The notes under the pieces are model-generated. The model worked only from the letters and a program-made list of their open reading frames with translations, was not told where the DNA came from and made no database searches. From the IMG/VR virus record IMGVR_UViG_3300017991_000003, positions 129,019 to 193,018 of that record: 64,000 nucleotides of DNA. One strand, 5' to 3'. The position numbers were made by a program, and so were the translations under genes. The stretch comes from a virus. This document shows positions 34,036 to 44,345 of this stretch, one piece after another. The stretch's first letter is position 1. Each line of letters starts with the position of its first letter.

Positions 34036-37000
34036 ATGACTTCGGACAAGGTCTTTCAGTCGGACTCGCTCTTCGACTACCTCCCCAGCTACTGGAAGAG
34101 CTCGTTCGGCGACCGCCCGGTCCTCGAGACGGTCTACGAGGCCCTCGTGCGGTCCATGGACGTGGACTGGGTGCGCCTATTCGCTGCTAACGACACGCGC
34201 GAGCTCGCCACCACTCCTGTCACCACCACCCACACGCTAGTCCACCAGCCTCTGGGCAGCTGGACGAGCCTAGAGGTGGCTCACGGTCACTACCATACGT
34301 GGCTGGACTGGCCGGCGGCCACTGGGAGCCCCGAGACCTATGTGATTCGACTGGAGGACCACGTCCTCACGCGTCCGCGGCTGTTCTTCGACGGCCGGGC
34401 CATCCCCAGCTTCCTCTATCGCCTGGATACGAGCCACTGGTCTAGTGGCGGCTCGGTGGTCTACGGCACCACCATCACGTTCGACAAGGCTCAGCTCGAT
34501 TCCTTCCTCGACGGTAGCTATCTGAGCCTGCAAGGCCAGTCAGGCGAGAATACGAGCCAGGAGTGGACCCCTGCTGATGTCATCGAGCGGCTCGGGATCC
34601 TCGCCTACAGGGATCAGCGCCCCTTCACGGGGTCTGGAGACGCCTCCACCACCGCGTTTGAGTTCACGATCGGAGGGTCCGCGGCTGTCGTAGAGGCTTT
34701 TGACGCAATGGCTTACGTCGAGAGCATCGACGTCACAAGCCGTGTCACGGTCGCCGCCGTTACAGGCGGTTTCAGCATCACTCCCAAGCCCGCAGGCGGC
34801 TTTGGGGCCGGGATGCTGCTTCAAGCCACGTTTGACGACGACTCCCAGCAGCTCGTTGAGCTCGACAGCGGTACCGGTTCTGTGACACTACGAACCAGTG
34901 CCAGCTCCGTGACTGGGGTTCGGCTCTTCGTGAACATCCCCCTGGGGGAGCAGCACTACACCGTCACCTCGAGCGCTGTTGAGCTGCTCGGTGGCGCTGT
35001 GTTCCCTGGCGGTACGATCCTCAGAGTCAAGGACGCCAAGGGCATCCAGTCCAAGACGCTCACCGAGCCGCGCTCCCGGGTCACCTTTGACCGGGACATC
35101 GACACCAACAGCGCTCAGGTCCTCTACCAGGGCACCGATGTGCTCGCCACCGAGGTCTCGACCAGCGGCATCACCTTCGAGCGCCCCCTCAATAGCGGCG
35201 CCCGATGGCGTGTGGATGCTCCTGTGGTGGTGGATCACGACCACGCCCTCTACCGCACAGCTACGGACGGTACGGCCAACATCGCTATCCCCACGGCCCG
35301 CCCGCTGACACTGGCAGGCAGTGCCACAGATGAGGATTACCCCATCCTCCTGTTCGTGGACGGCGTGCTTCAGGACCCGAGCACCTACAGTCCCAGCTCC
35401 ACGGTCAACCTGGTCCTCCAGTCGCCGCTCCCCTCGGGAATCCCAGTGGATGTGTGGTACGTGGACCAGGAGGAGCCGGCTGAGCACCTGCACAGCGAGC
35501 TCAGTGATGTGGTCCCCCTCTCGGTCCCCGAGCAGTACAGCGTCAGCTACAGTCAGGCTGAGACCTTCGACGACACCACCTGGCCCCTCACGGTCTTCAG
35601 GGACGGCTTCCTGGAGAACGACCCTGACCAGATCCGCACGGTCGACGGCCAGTTCCTTCAGTTCACTGACGCGCTGACCCCGGGCATCAGGGTGGCGGCC
35701 GACGGTCTGCGCACAGAGTTCCGGTACGCCCACACCATCCCCCATAGGGAGGACCTGGACTACGGCTACCGTGGGGACATCCAGGAGATCGGCACGCTCC
35801 AGGACGGGGTGATGAGCCCCAGCTCGGTCAAGAGCCCGGACACCGGCTTCAGCCTCACCCCAGCGGCCAGCCCGGCTGAGACAGCTACCCTCAAGGCGTC
35901 CATCACCTGGGACGAGGCGTGGCTAACCGGTGTGAAGGTGGATGAGCACCTGCTCGAGACCACCTGGGGTGATCCTGTGGGTATCAAGCGACCGGTCAGC
36001 TCGACCCGCTACCGCAACCTGCTCATGGCTGTGTACGCAGCCTACCGCGGCCCCAGCTTCGTCGACAGCCTCGTCAACGTCAGCTCTATCCTCCTAGGCT
36101 CGGCCTTCCTACCCACCGCTGGCGTGAGTGGGGGCATCACGCGCTCCTCCACCGGCGTCCAAGTCCTCATCGAGCCCACGGACCCCAAGGAGAGCCCGTA
36201 CACCGTTGACCTGCTCCCTGGTGAGGAGCATCGCATCCTGCCGGCTCCCCGTGAGATGTCTCGGCTCCGCGCGGTCAACAGCCTCGCCACTGTTAGTGAC
36301 CGTAGTCTGGACGACATCCCCTGGCTCGCCTTCATGGCCCAGGACGTGGCTGAGGACTACTCGTACGCCAAGCGGCTGGATGTCAGGAGCTCGAGCAGCT
36401 TCAGCAGCATCCCGGCCGGCTACGACAAGACCACCGGCCACCTCACCGACTACAGCGTCAACTACAACGACCAAGAGGTGTGGGTCGGTGATCTCATCAA
36501 GCTGACACTGGTTGCCAGTGCCAGTCCCACGTCTATCATTCAAACCTACACGAGTGATGGCACGTCTCCTCAACAGGTGCAGCGGCTCGTCTACGACTCG
36601 AGCCAACCGACAGCCCGCCTCAGGGCGCATGTCGCCTCACCGGCGGTAAGTACTTACAAACCCGGCCATTACGTCAATCTAGAGGGTGCTGGGAGCCCCT
36701 GGGACACCCTCACCGGCGAGTACTACCAGCTCACCAACGTCAGCCCCGGCTACGCAGCTAGCACTACCAGGCTCACGGCTGAGTGGATCAGCAGTCACGC
36801 TGCTCCCACCATCACGGCTGTCGACTACACGGCGTCTCCTTATCCCGAGCTCCAAGGCTACAACCTCAGCCAGAGCACGAGCACGCCTGACTTCCAGTCC
36901 TACACGCAGTTCACCACGGTGCAGGAGGTCCTCGGGGATCACACCATCCGGGTGAGCTTCGACGCTACCAGTGAGGTCACCGGCTACGGCGATGAGACTT

Positions 37001-40000
37001 ACGGTGAGCTAGGCTTCGGCGGTGGGGTGCTGGACCCTGTGCCCTCGGCCTACACCATCTGGAGCCGGCGCACCCGCCAGCTAGACACCTACCTATCCCT
37101 GGACCAGGCGCTCGATGAGAGCGTGGCCCTGGTCCCTGGTGAGACGGTCCAGATCCTCAACGAGGAGCTCAGCGCTCTCCTGTCCACCCACGTCTTCGCC
37201 ATGGAGCTAGCGTGGGATCGGATGACGGACCGGGAGACCCTGGAGGACCTCAAGGTCGTCATCGACCGCATCCGGCCTGCTGAGACGCGCGCCCTGGTCT
37301 ACACCGAGGGCTTCCCGACCCTCAGCCTGGAGATGACTGGCTCGCTCATCGGAGGCAGCCCCGACATCACCGAGACCCTGGCCGACTCGCTCTTCCTGGA
37401 GGAGAGCTGGATGGGCACGGGGTCGACCGCACTGCTCACCCCGGAGCTCAACTACCTCTACCGCCCCTGGCAGCACCGCTTCGGTCCTCGCCTCGAGTCC
37501 CAGCTCAAAGAGCCGCCGGCAAGTCCTGTGGTGGGTGGCTTCTACGCCGTGGCTCCCGTAGGCCAGGCCAGCCATCTTGGCGTGTGGGCCAGTGTGTACG
37601 GATCCAAAGGCCTGGAGGGCCAGGTCCTCCGCCGCGGGTCCCCGGATGAGTGGTTGGTTGACAGCGGCTTCAGTCCCGCTCCGGGGTGGGCGCTCGATTT
37701 CAGCTCGGGTGTGCGCCGGCTCAACTCCGGCCCCTTCACCCACAACGAGGGCAGCCCGCTCACCATGCGGGCCCTGGTCTACGTCCCCAGTGGTAGCTAC
37801 AGCGAGGCAGGCACGGTCTATGTGGGCCAAGCGAGCCCCATGCTGCCCTTCGGCTTCGAGGTCCAGAGCCCTGGCCTGACCCTGGCGCCCTTCTTCCAAG
37901 TCCACAGCAGTGAGACCAAGGCACTGGGTAGCCCCACCAACTACTACGACCGCTGGCTGGATCTGGTGGGCGTGTACCGAGAGGGTGCGGCCAGCTACTG
38001 GTACACCGACCTGTACCTGGATGGGACGCTGATCGCCACGAGCAGCCCCACGGGCGCCGCGTCTCTGACACTGGCTCCCAGTGCCACATTCAGCCTCACG
38101 CTGGGTGGCACGACCCAGTCGACCCCCACCCAGAGCCCCAGCTTCAAGGGCTACCTGGACGAGTACCGCCTGTACCTGGGTACCGAGCTCTCGAGCCCCG
38201 AGATCACGACCCTGTACAACGCCGGCTCCCCTGTGATGCCCTCGATCGGGGTCACGGACGCTGGTAGCCCCATCGCACCGGCCGGGATCACCGCCTGGTA
38301 CGTGGGCCAGGAGCATGATCCGGCTACGGTCATCGATCTGAGCGGTAATGGGTACAACGCTAGCCGCCAGACGGCCACGCTGGGCGACGAGAACCAGGAC
38401 TGGCGGGTGGCCGGGTACCTTCAGACCCGCTACCGCCTCTTCGGCGACACCTACGAGATCAAGCTGGGCGGCTACTACGTCGACCAGGGCAAGCTCACGA
38501 CCACGCTGCTCGGTACGCCCCCGAGTCTGCTTAGCGACTCGCCTGACTCGCAGACCGCCGCTATCGATGCTGGCGGCCAGCCTCTCCTGATCCCCGGGGT
38601 CTTCGGCTTCAAGGACGTGGTCTACACGAACCAGACCCGCTGGCTGCACTACAAGGACCTCGAAGGCTGGATCATCACCCTGGCTAACCCCCAGGCGCCA
38701 GGCTCGGCTATCTCGGTGGACCAGGAGGGCAACCTAGGCTCCCAGAGCCCCACCACGGCCCTTGCCTCGCCCCTGAGCATCACCGGTAGCCGCCTGACCC
38801 TCACCTGCGCCGCGGGTAGTGGTGGTGCTGTGACCCAGCTGGAGCTCGATGGTAGCCCGCTGCTGGTCAACACCCTCAAGGGCCAGCTGACCCAGTGGTC
38901 CTGCCGCTACCTGGGCAGGGGCTTCGAGCGTACTGTGAGCGAGGCCGGCAAGATCAGCCGCCCCGTGGCTCAGCCGTCCAACTCCGACTTCATCTCCAAG
39001 GAGTCCGGGGACACGGCGATCCGCACGGCGAGCTACCTCGGCAACATCCAGGGCACGATGACCTACGACGGGACGCTCTACGACTCGAGCGCCACCCGCC
39101 TGGACAAGCTCATGGAGGTCGGCTTCAACGCCAACCCCAACGTGATCCGCGTCGACGCCATCTTCGATCGGGATCAGAGCACCAAGGACGGCTCCTGGTA
39201 CAGCCAGTTCACCATGAGCCTGGTCCCGGAGCTCAACGTGGCCTGGCTCTACCAGCCTGGGGTCGACTCCGTGCCGCTCCCCGCCGTGTTCAACGGCGAC
39301 GTGAACTACCAGACCAACTGGGTGGGTGGTGCGATCTACACCAACGCGGCCCAGGACAAGGCTGTGGGCGTGTTCCACCGCCGGCCGAACACGGATACGG
39401 GCTGGTTCCAGTCCCAGGTGCTCCCGGCCCCTGCGTCGGCTGTTTCCAAGAGCAGCCCGGGCAGCACGTCGTATTCGGTGCTCAACGATCAGGAGTTCCT
39501 GGGTGATTACCCCGGCGCGGCTGACAGCATCTGGCGCACGGAGCGCTACATCGTGTCCGGTACGCTCACAGAGGTCGTCGGGGGGTTCAACCAGCTCGCC
39601 TATGAGCTGGAAGGCATTGAGCCCATCGTTACGGGGCCCGAATCGGCCACCTACATCGAGTTCACAAGCCTCCCGGACCCTCTGACGCTCGGCGACACCT
39701 TCTCGGTGACCGCTCAGGCCTTTGGTCCGGGCGGGTTGATCGACCCGAACTTCGATCGGCAGGCCTATCTGACCCTCCTGACGCCTGGTGGCACGCTCAC
39801 GGGCACCACTACGGGTACGTTCGCCTCCGGTGAGGTCACGTTCAGTGGTCTCGAGGTCTCCCCGGGCGGTACCTGGTTCCTCCAGGTCGACTCGGGCGGC
39901 CTAGCGCCAGGCCAGGCAGCCATCCAGGTCAACAACCCCGCTCCGTACGCCTCGAACCCCACGGCTTGGGCCATCAGCCCGGCCCAGGTGCCTCTCACGC

Positions 40001-43000
40001 TGTACGGTACGGACTTCCTGGACACCTCGTTCGTGGTCTACTCGAACTGGGGCGGTACTCCGAGCCCCTATCCGTCGACGCTGACCTACGTGAGCCCGGG
40101 TGAGGTGCAGTTCACGCCTCCCCAGGAGATCCTGGACAGCTACCCGAACACGCTGACGCTCTCGGTCCACAACCCCGGGCCTGGTGGCGGCTCTACGGGT
40201 GAGCTCCCGCTTACGATCGGCAGCCCCGGCGTACCGAGCCCGGTTGTCCCGAGCCCCGTGGCCGACTTGCTGCTGTTCACGGCCCCGCCTAGCCTGCCCA
40301 TCACCCCGCGCGTGGGTGAGAACACGCTGATTGGCGGTTATGCGGCGGACTCCACGCTGTCTCTGGCGCTGGATGTGGACGCTACGGGCGCCGTGACGGT
40401 CAGCCCGAGCGCCCAGCCGGCGGGTTCGAGCATCGGCGGCACCCTGACCCAGTCCCTGGGCGCCTCGATCCCCGGTTACGTGTTCTTCCCGAACCTAACC
40501 TTTGATACCGCAGGCACTTACACGCTCAACCTGGTCCACGAGAGCCCCGCGGTCATCGCCCAGACGCCGTTGGCGCTCAACCTGAGCGTCCTGAACCCGG
40601 TCCCGACGCTCACTAGCATCGACCCGGACAACATCGACCAGGGTGCGCAGACCCTGACGCTACGGGCGCTGGGCTCGAACTTCGTGAGCGGTGACTCCAG
40701 CATCTACTGGAACGGTCTCCAGCGGACCACGACCTATGTGAGCCCAGGTGAGCTACGTACTACGCTGACCGCGGCGGACTTCCTGGTGCCCCAGGTGGTG
40801 GGTGTGAAGGTCAACACGGCCCAAGGCGGTGGTGACTCGAGCACGATCCCCTTCACCATCAACGGCGCGCCTGGCTCTGGCCTCACTGAGGAGGACCTGA
40901 GCCCCACGATCATCGTCCTGAGCCCCTCGGCGTACCAGCGGGTGCTGCCCACGCAGGGTCCTGTGATCACTACCGAGGAAGGTGTGTCCCTGCACCGGGC
41001 CTTGGAGCAGACTGGCCTCGCTACGGCAGGCACTCCTATCCACGCCTACGACGGATCGGTGGGCGCTATCGAGGTCGTCGAGGTCCGAGCCGGTGCCTAC
41101 AAGGCGATGGCCACCGGTGACGACGTCTTCAAGAGCGACAAGAACCGCAACGTGGCGGTCCCGCACGCGCCTGATTCCGACCACCCGCTCATCATCCGAG
41201 CGGCCAAGTGGTCCGCGGCTCGTGCCCCTGAGCCGGACATGGTGGGTGATCCTGAGCCGTACGTGCTCGTGGCCCGTTTCCCTGACTTCGGTAGCGAGGA
41301 CGTGATCTTCCACGACCGGTCGCTCGAGAGCAGTCATTGGCACTGGTACGACCCGATCCTGTTCCTGGGTAGCCGGGGCGGGATGCTGATCGCCGACAAC
41401 AAGATCTACGGCGCCAACGACCCCACCATCCCGTGGCTGGGCTGGCACATGTACCGGCCGAAGGTCCTGGGCCGCTACGACCACCGGGTGTACCGCCTGG
41501 ATTCGGATCGCTGGATCGTGGGCCCGGGCCCTGACACAGCCTCGATCACCCAGTACGACACCACGGGCGTCGAGATCAGCCCCAAGTCCTGGGACCTCGA
41601 TGACCTGCACCGGGCTCGCTTCGGCAAGCGCCTGACCAGCTCCAACGGCATCACGTCGGGCTTCGCTTCGCTGACCTCGGTGCCTGCGGGCCAGATCACG
41701 GCCACCCACGTGGGCGTGTTCGGCAACGATGCGGACACGCTCTACCGCGTGGGCGTGGCTAGCACGGCCGGCGGCCTGATCCAGACCGATCTGGGTCTCC
41801 TGAGCGTCTTCTCGTCTGATGCGGCCCTGACGACTAGCGACTTCATCGCCTCGGCGCCCTTCGATCCCATCACGAGCCCCAACCAGTACGCCAGCCCTCC
41901 GTCCCTGAGCTACAGCATGGACGTGACCTGGCAGTCCAGCAGTACGTTTGATGCTGTGCCCGGGGCCGGGGGTACGATCCAGTTCTACGACCGCAAGGAT
42001 GACGAGACCCTGTCGCCCAGCACGCTGCTCACCGCGGGCGGTACGGTCAACGTGCCCCTCGAGCAGGGCATCGGCGCCGCTTTCATGGCCTTCACGGGCC
42101 GTGGCTGCTACGTCCTCAAGACCACGGTCAAGGACGAGTGGGGCAACCCGGTCCCCGACCCGGAGGACCCGGATAAAGATCTGACTCGGAACAGCATTAT
42201 CCAGGTCACGAACCACGGGATGAGCGACAGCCCGACGAGCCTGGAGGTGGTCTATGACCTGCCTGATCAGGAGATGCTGTGGTTCTCCAACATCACCTGG
42301 GCCGCAGGGCAGAACATCGGCTTCATGGGCCCGTTCAGCCTGCTGCTGGAGGCGCGCACGAGCTCGGGCGCCCTCTCGATGGAGGTGGACGGTACGGTCC
42401 AGGTTCTGATCGACAGCTTCGAGACCGTGGAGGGCACCGCCATCGGCACGCCCTTCCTCTCCTCGAACGAGATCACGCACATCATGCGCGGCGGGGTCTG
42501 CCACATCCGGGACCTGCACCCCTACATCACGAGCATCAACCCCGAGTCCTTCCAGGCGTTCCTGGATCAGAACTCGGCCTCCAACTACGCGATCCTCACC
42601 CTCACCCTCACGCCGTTCGGCACGGGCACGGGGCTAGACAGCCAATCTACTACTTACCAGATCGGCGTGTGGCCTCCGGGGGCCCAGCGCGGTGAGAGCC
42701 CGGGCTCGATCCCTGTGCCCTTCTCGGTCTATCCGTGGGGCGCGCGTCTGACGGACAAGGAGTGGCTAGGCCCGAACCTCAACGAGTTCGCGCTCACTCT
42801 GGCGCCCTCGGACACGATCCAGGGCATGGAGAGTGGTGCACCGGTCAACGCCAAGGTCAAGACGGCTATCGGCCTGCCCTTCTGGGCCGGCTGGCCGGGC
42901 TCGCCTGGGCACCCCAACTACCGCCCGGGTTACGAGAACATCTGGCCCAAGCCCGAGCACACGCCTGGGCTCGAGTACATCGGCTACCCGACCTTCGACG

Positions 43001-44256
43001 TCCAGCCCAAGTGGGGTCTCGCGCCCTTCTACACGAGCGACTGGATTTTCGACGGCGGTGTGATCATGAACGTGGGCGTCGAGCATGGCGTCTACCTCCA
43101 CAACACGGTCGGCGACACGCGCTTCAGCAACACGATCATCACTCGCGTGGGTCGGACGGCCATCCAGAAGGCCGATCGACGCATCGAGAACCCCTACGAC
43201 CCGGTCCTTGTCGGCACGGGCGGGGACACGGGCGGCCCAGGTCAGGGTCAGGTCATCTACCGCAACGTGCAGGCATCCGAGACGGCGCTGAACGACGGTG
43301 GCGGGTCCTACACCATCGTGGGCCACGGCCCCGACGGGCAGATCACGATGGAGAACTGCTCCATCCGGCAGGGCTTCGACGACCAGCTTGCCGCTCACCG
43401 CTACATCAGCGGCAACGGCATGTTCGGCACCATGTTGACGGTCTGGGGCGGCTGGTTCCCGGGCTACTCGGACCATAGCTTCTGCCTGACGGGCATGGGC
43501 TATCAGTTCGACGGCCTGCGCCGGTGGCATCCGTTCTTGCGTAAGGCCGACGGTAGTTCGGTGTTCACCAACGACGAGTACCTCACCCACCTGACCAACA
43601 AGTACGACGTGCTGGGTCTTTCGGGCGTGCTTGGGGACTACGGTGGTGTCCCGGTTCCGACACCTCCCCACTACACCAACCTGCTCTACGGCGCCCCGAT
43701 GTTCTCCTACGGGGGCGTGCAGGACCTGGGCCTGACTCTGGGCCAGGAAGCGGCCGGTATTCGCGAGCCCGTCTTCACGGGTACGGACGCGACCTACGGG
43801 ATGGGTAGCCCCACCTACGCGAGCTTCCATCAGACGGGCACGCTCACGATCACGGGGTGCCTCTTCGAAGCTAACCACCCGAACGCCACGAGCGACGCCG
43901 AGGTTACCTGGTCGCAGCCCCTGCCCAGCCTCAACCCCTACGGCTCGATCTACAAAGGCGGTACCTACAGCTCGGCGCCGGCGCTGCTCGTCAGTGACGT
44001 GCGCATCCTGACCCTCCAGGACAACATCATTCACCAGACGGGCAACCAGGCGATCCAGTTCGACGAAGTGGCCTACGTCTGGGACAGCCCCCAAGCCAAG
44101 GCCACGGGCAAGGCGACGAAGCTCATCACCAAGAACGCCGCTATCTGGCAGATCCTGGGCGGCAACAACGAGCTGATCTCCGCCGCGGTGGTCAAACGCT
44201 ATGGCCAAGACGCTCCGGCGGAACTTGTGAGTCAGCTAACGAGCCCGAGCACCTAA
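34036..44256 (+). CDS. giant fibre/adhesin-like protein (3406 aa) with Ig-like (IPT/TIG-like) and LamG-like segments
   Basis: Single 10.2-kb open frame with GC3-rich codons. Two IPT/TIG-like segments (PTLTSIDPDNIDQGAQTLTLRALGSNF...TYVSPGEL...; APYASNP...TLTYVSPGEV...) and a LamG_3-like signature (SFKGYLDEYRLYLGTELSSPEITTLYNAG). Antisense ORFs inside are artefacts. Confidence 0.65.
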   Translation: MTSDKVFQSDSLFDYLPSYWKSSFGDRPVLETVYEALVRSMDVDWVRLFAANDTRELATTPVTTTHTLVHQPLGSWTSLEVAHGHYHTWLDWPAATGSPETYVIRLEDHVLTRPRLFFDGRAIPSFLYRLDTSHWSSGGSVVYGTTITFDKAQLDSFLDGSYLSLQGQSGENTSQEWTPADVIERLGILAYRDQRPFTGSGDASTTAFEFTIGGSAAVVEAFDAMAYVESIDVTSRVTVAAVTGGFSITPKPAGGFGAGMLLQATFDDDSQQLVELDSGTGSVTLRTSASSVTGVRLFVNIPLGEQHYTVTSSAVELLGGAVFPGGTILRVKDAKGIQSKTLTEPRSRVTFDRDIDTNSAQVLYQGTDVLATEVSTSGITFERPLNSGARWRVDAPVVVDHDHALYRTATDGTANIAIPTARPLTLAGSATDEDYPILLFVDGVLQDPSTYSPSSTVNLVLQSPLPSGIPVDVWYVDQEEPAEHLHSELSDVVPLSVPEQYSVSYSQAETFDDTTWPLTVFRDGFLENDPDQIRTVDGQFLQFTDALTPGIRVAADGLRTEFRYAHTIPHREDLDYGYRGDIQEIGTLQDGVMSPSSVKSPDTGFSLTPAASPAETATLKASITWDEAWLTGVKVDEHLLETTWGDPVGIKRPVSSTRYRNLLMAVYAAYRGPSFVDSLVNVSSILLGSAFLPTAGVSGGITRSSTGVQVLIEPTDPKESPYTVDLLPGEEHRILPAPREMSRLRAVNSLATVSDRSLDDIPWLAFMAQDVAEDYSYAKRLDVRSSSSFSSIPAGYDKTTGHLTDYSVNYNDQEVWVGDLIKLTLVASASPTSIIQTYTSDGTSPQQVQRLVYDSSQPTARLRAHVASPAVSTYKPGHYVNLEGAGSPWDTLTGEYYQLTNVSPGYAASTTRLTAEWISSHAAPTITAVDYTASPYPELQGYNLSQSTSTPDFQSYTQFTTVQEVLGDHTIRVSFDATSEVTGYGDETYGELGFGGGVLDPVPSAYTIWSRRTRQLDTYLSLDQALDESVALVPGETVQILNEELSALLSTHVFAMELAWDRMTDRETLEDLKVVIDRIRPAETRALVYTEGFPTLSLEMTGSLIGGSPDITETLADSLFLEESWMGTGSTALLTPELNYLYRPWQHRFGPRLESQLKEPPASPVVGGFYAVAPVGQASHLGVWASVYGSKGLEGQVLRRGSPDEWLVDSGFSPAPGWALDFSSGVRRLNSGPFTHNEGSPLTMRALVYVPSGSYSEAGTVYVGQASPMLPFGFEVQSPGLTLAPFFQVHSSETKALGSPTNYYDRWLDLVGVYREGAASYWYTDLYLDGTLIATSSPTGAASLTLAPSATFSLTLGGTTQSTPTQSPSFKGYLDEYRLYLGTELSSPEITTLYNAGSPVMPSIGVTDAGSPIAPAGITAWYVGQEHDPATVIDLSGNGYNASRQTATLGDENQDWRVAGYLQTRYRLFGDTYEIKLGGYYVDQGKLTTTLLGTPPSLLSDSPDSQTAAIDAGGQPLLIPGVFGFKDVVYTNQTRWLHYKDLEGWIITLANPQAPGSAISVDQEGNLGSQSPTTALASPLSITGSRLTLTCAAGSGGAVTQLELDGSPLLVNTLKGQLTQWSCRYLGRGFERTVSEAGKISRPVAQPSNSDFISKESGDTAIRTASYLGNIQGTMTYDGTLYDSSATRLDKLMEVGFNANPNVIRVDAIFDRDQSTKDGSWYSQFTMSLVPELNVAWLYQPGVDSVPLPAVFNGDVNYQTNWVGGAIYTNAAQDKAVGVFHRRPNTDTGWFQSQVLPAPASAVSKSSPGSTSYSVLNDQEFLGDYPGAADSIWRTERYIVSGTLTEVVGGFNQLAYELEGIEPIVTGPESATYIEFTSLPDPLTLGDTFSVTAQAFGPGGLIDPNFDRQAYLTLLTPGGTLTGTTTGTFASGEVTFSGLEVSPGGTWFLQVDSGGLAPGQAAIQVNNPAPYASNPTAWAISPAQVPLTLYGTDFLDTSFVVYSNWGGTPSPYPSTLTYVSPGEVQFTPPQEILDSYPNTLTLSVHNPGPGGGSTGELPLTIGSPGVPSPVVPSPVADLLLFTAPPSLPITPRVGENTLIGGYAADSTLSLALDVDATGAVTVSPSAQPAGSSIGGTLTQSLGASIPGYVFFPNLTFDTAGTYTLNLVHESPAVIAQTPLALNLSVLNPVPTLTSIDPDNIDQGAQTLTLRALGSNFVSGDSSIYWNGLQRTTTYVSPGELRTTLTAADFLVPQVVGVKVNTAQGGGDSSTIPFTINGAPGSGLTEEDLSPTIIVLSPSAYQRVLPTQGPVITTEEGVSLHRALEQTGLATAGTPIHAYDGSVGAIEVVEVRAGAYKAMATGDDVFKSDKNRNVAVPHAPDSDHPLIIRAAKWSAARAPEPDMVGDPEPYVLVARFPDFGSEDVIFHDRSLESSHWHWYDPILFLGSRGGMLIADNKIYGANDPTIPWLGWHMYRPKVLGRYDHRVYRLDSDRWIVGPGPDTASITQYDTTGVEISPKSWDLDDLHRARFGKRLTSSNGITSGFASLTSVPAGQITATHVGVFGNDADTLYRVGVASTAGGLIQTDLGLLSVFSSDAALTTSDFIASAPFDPITSPNQYASPPSLSYSMDVTWQSSSTFDAVPGAGGTIQFYDRKDDETLSPSTLLTAGGTVNVPLEQGIGAAFMAFTGRGCYVLKTTVKDEWGNPVPDPEDPDKDLTRNSIIQVTNHGMSDSPTSLEVVYDLPDQEMLWFSNITWAAGQNIGFMGPFSLLLEARTSSGALSMEVDGTVQVLIDSFETVEGTAIGTPFLSSNEITHIMRGGVCHIRDLHPYITSINPESFQAFLDQNSASNYAILTLTLTPFGTGTGLDSQSTTYQIGVWPPGAQRGESPGSIPVPFSVYPWGARLTDKEWLGPNLNEFALTLAPSDTIQGMESGAPVNAKVKTAIGLPFWAGWPGSPGHPNYRPGYENIWPKPEHTPGLEYIGYPTFDVQPKWGLAPFYTSDWIFDGGVIMNVGVEHGVYLHNTVGDTRFSNTIITRVGRTAIQKADRRIENPYDPVLVGTGGDTGGPGQGQVIYRNVQASETALNDGGGSYTIVGHGPDGQITMENCSIRQGFDDQLAAHRYISGNGMFGTMLTVWGGWFPGYSDHSFCLTGMGYQFDGLRRWHPFLRKADGSSVFTNDEYLTHLTNKYDVLGLSGVLGDYGGVPVPTPPHYTNLLYGAPMFSYGGVQDLGLTLGQEAAGIREPVFTGTDATYGMGSPTYASFHQTGTLTITGCLFEANHPNATSDAEVTWSQPLPSLNPYGSIYKGGTYSSAPALLVSDVRILTLQDNIIHQTGNQAIQFDEVAYVWDSPQAKATGKATKLITKNAAIWQILGGNNELISAAVVKRYGQDAPAELVSQLTSPST
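38065..38086 (+). repeat. inverted-repeat element copy A (CTGACACTGG-ctc-CCAGTGCCA) inside the giant CDS
   Basis: In frame within the LamG-like region, encoding SLTLAPSAT; 25 of 28 nt identical to copy B including flanks. Confidence 0.5.
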
Positions 44257-44304
44257 CCTCTGAGTACGGCTTCCCTTACACTAACCCCCGGTAGGCACCA
44301 GTCT

Positions 44305-44326
44305 CTGACACTGGTAGCCAGTGCCA
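44305..44326 (+). repeat. inverted-repeat element copy B (CTGACACTGG-tag-CCAGTGCCA) downstream of the giant ORF
   Basis: Begins 48 nt after the stop at 44254-44256 and about 20 nt before the next start at 44346; 10-bp stem with 3-nt loop. Confidence 0.5.
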
Positions 44327-44345
44327 CACTCCTGAGAACGACCCA

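Noticed and set aside
37207-44208. Long antisense ORFs inside the giant gene (37207..38649, 40753..42519, 42766..44208; similarly 57980..59389 and 60488..62206 inside the 1512-aa gene)
   Set aside because: Arg/Gly/Ala/Val/Asp-rich, low-complexity translations lying antisense to uninterrupted 4-10 kb ORFs with coherent domain content; expected artefacts of stop-codon-poor GC-rich antisense frames.
38065-44326. Diversity-generating retroelement (template/variable repeat pair) explaining the element copies at 38065 and 44305
   Set aside because: No reverse transcriptase gene in the window, the similar segment is only about 60 bp, and the mismatches are not adenine-specific.
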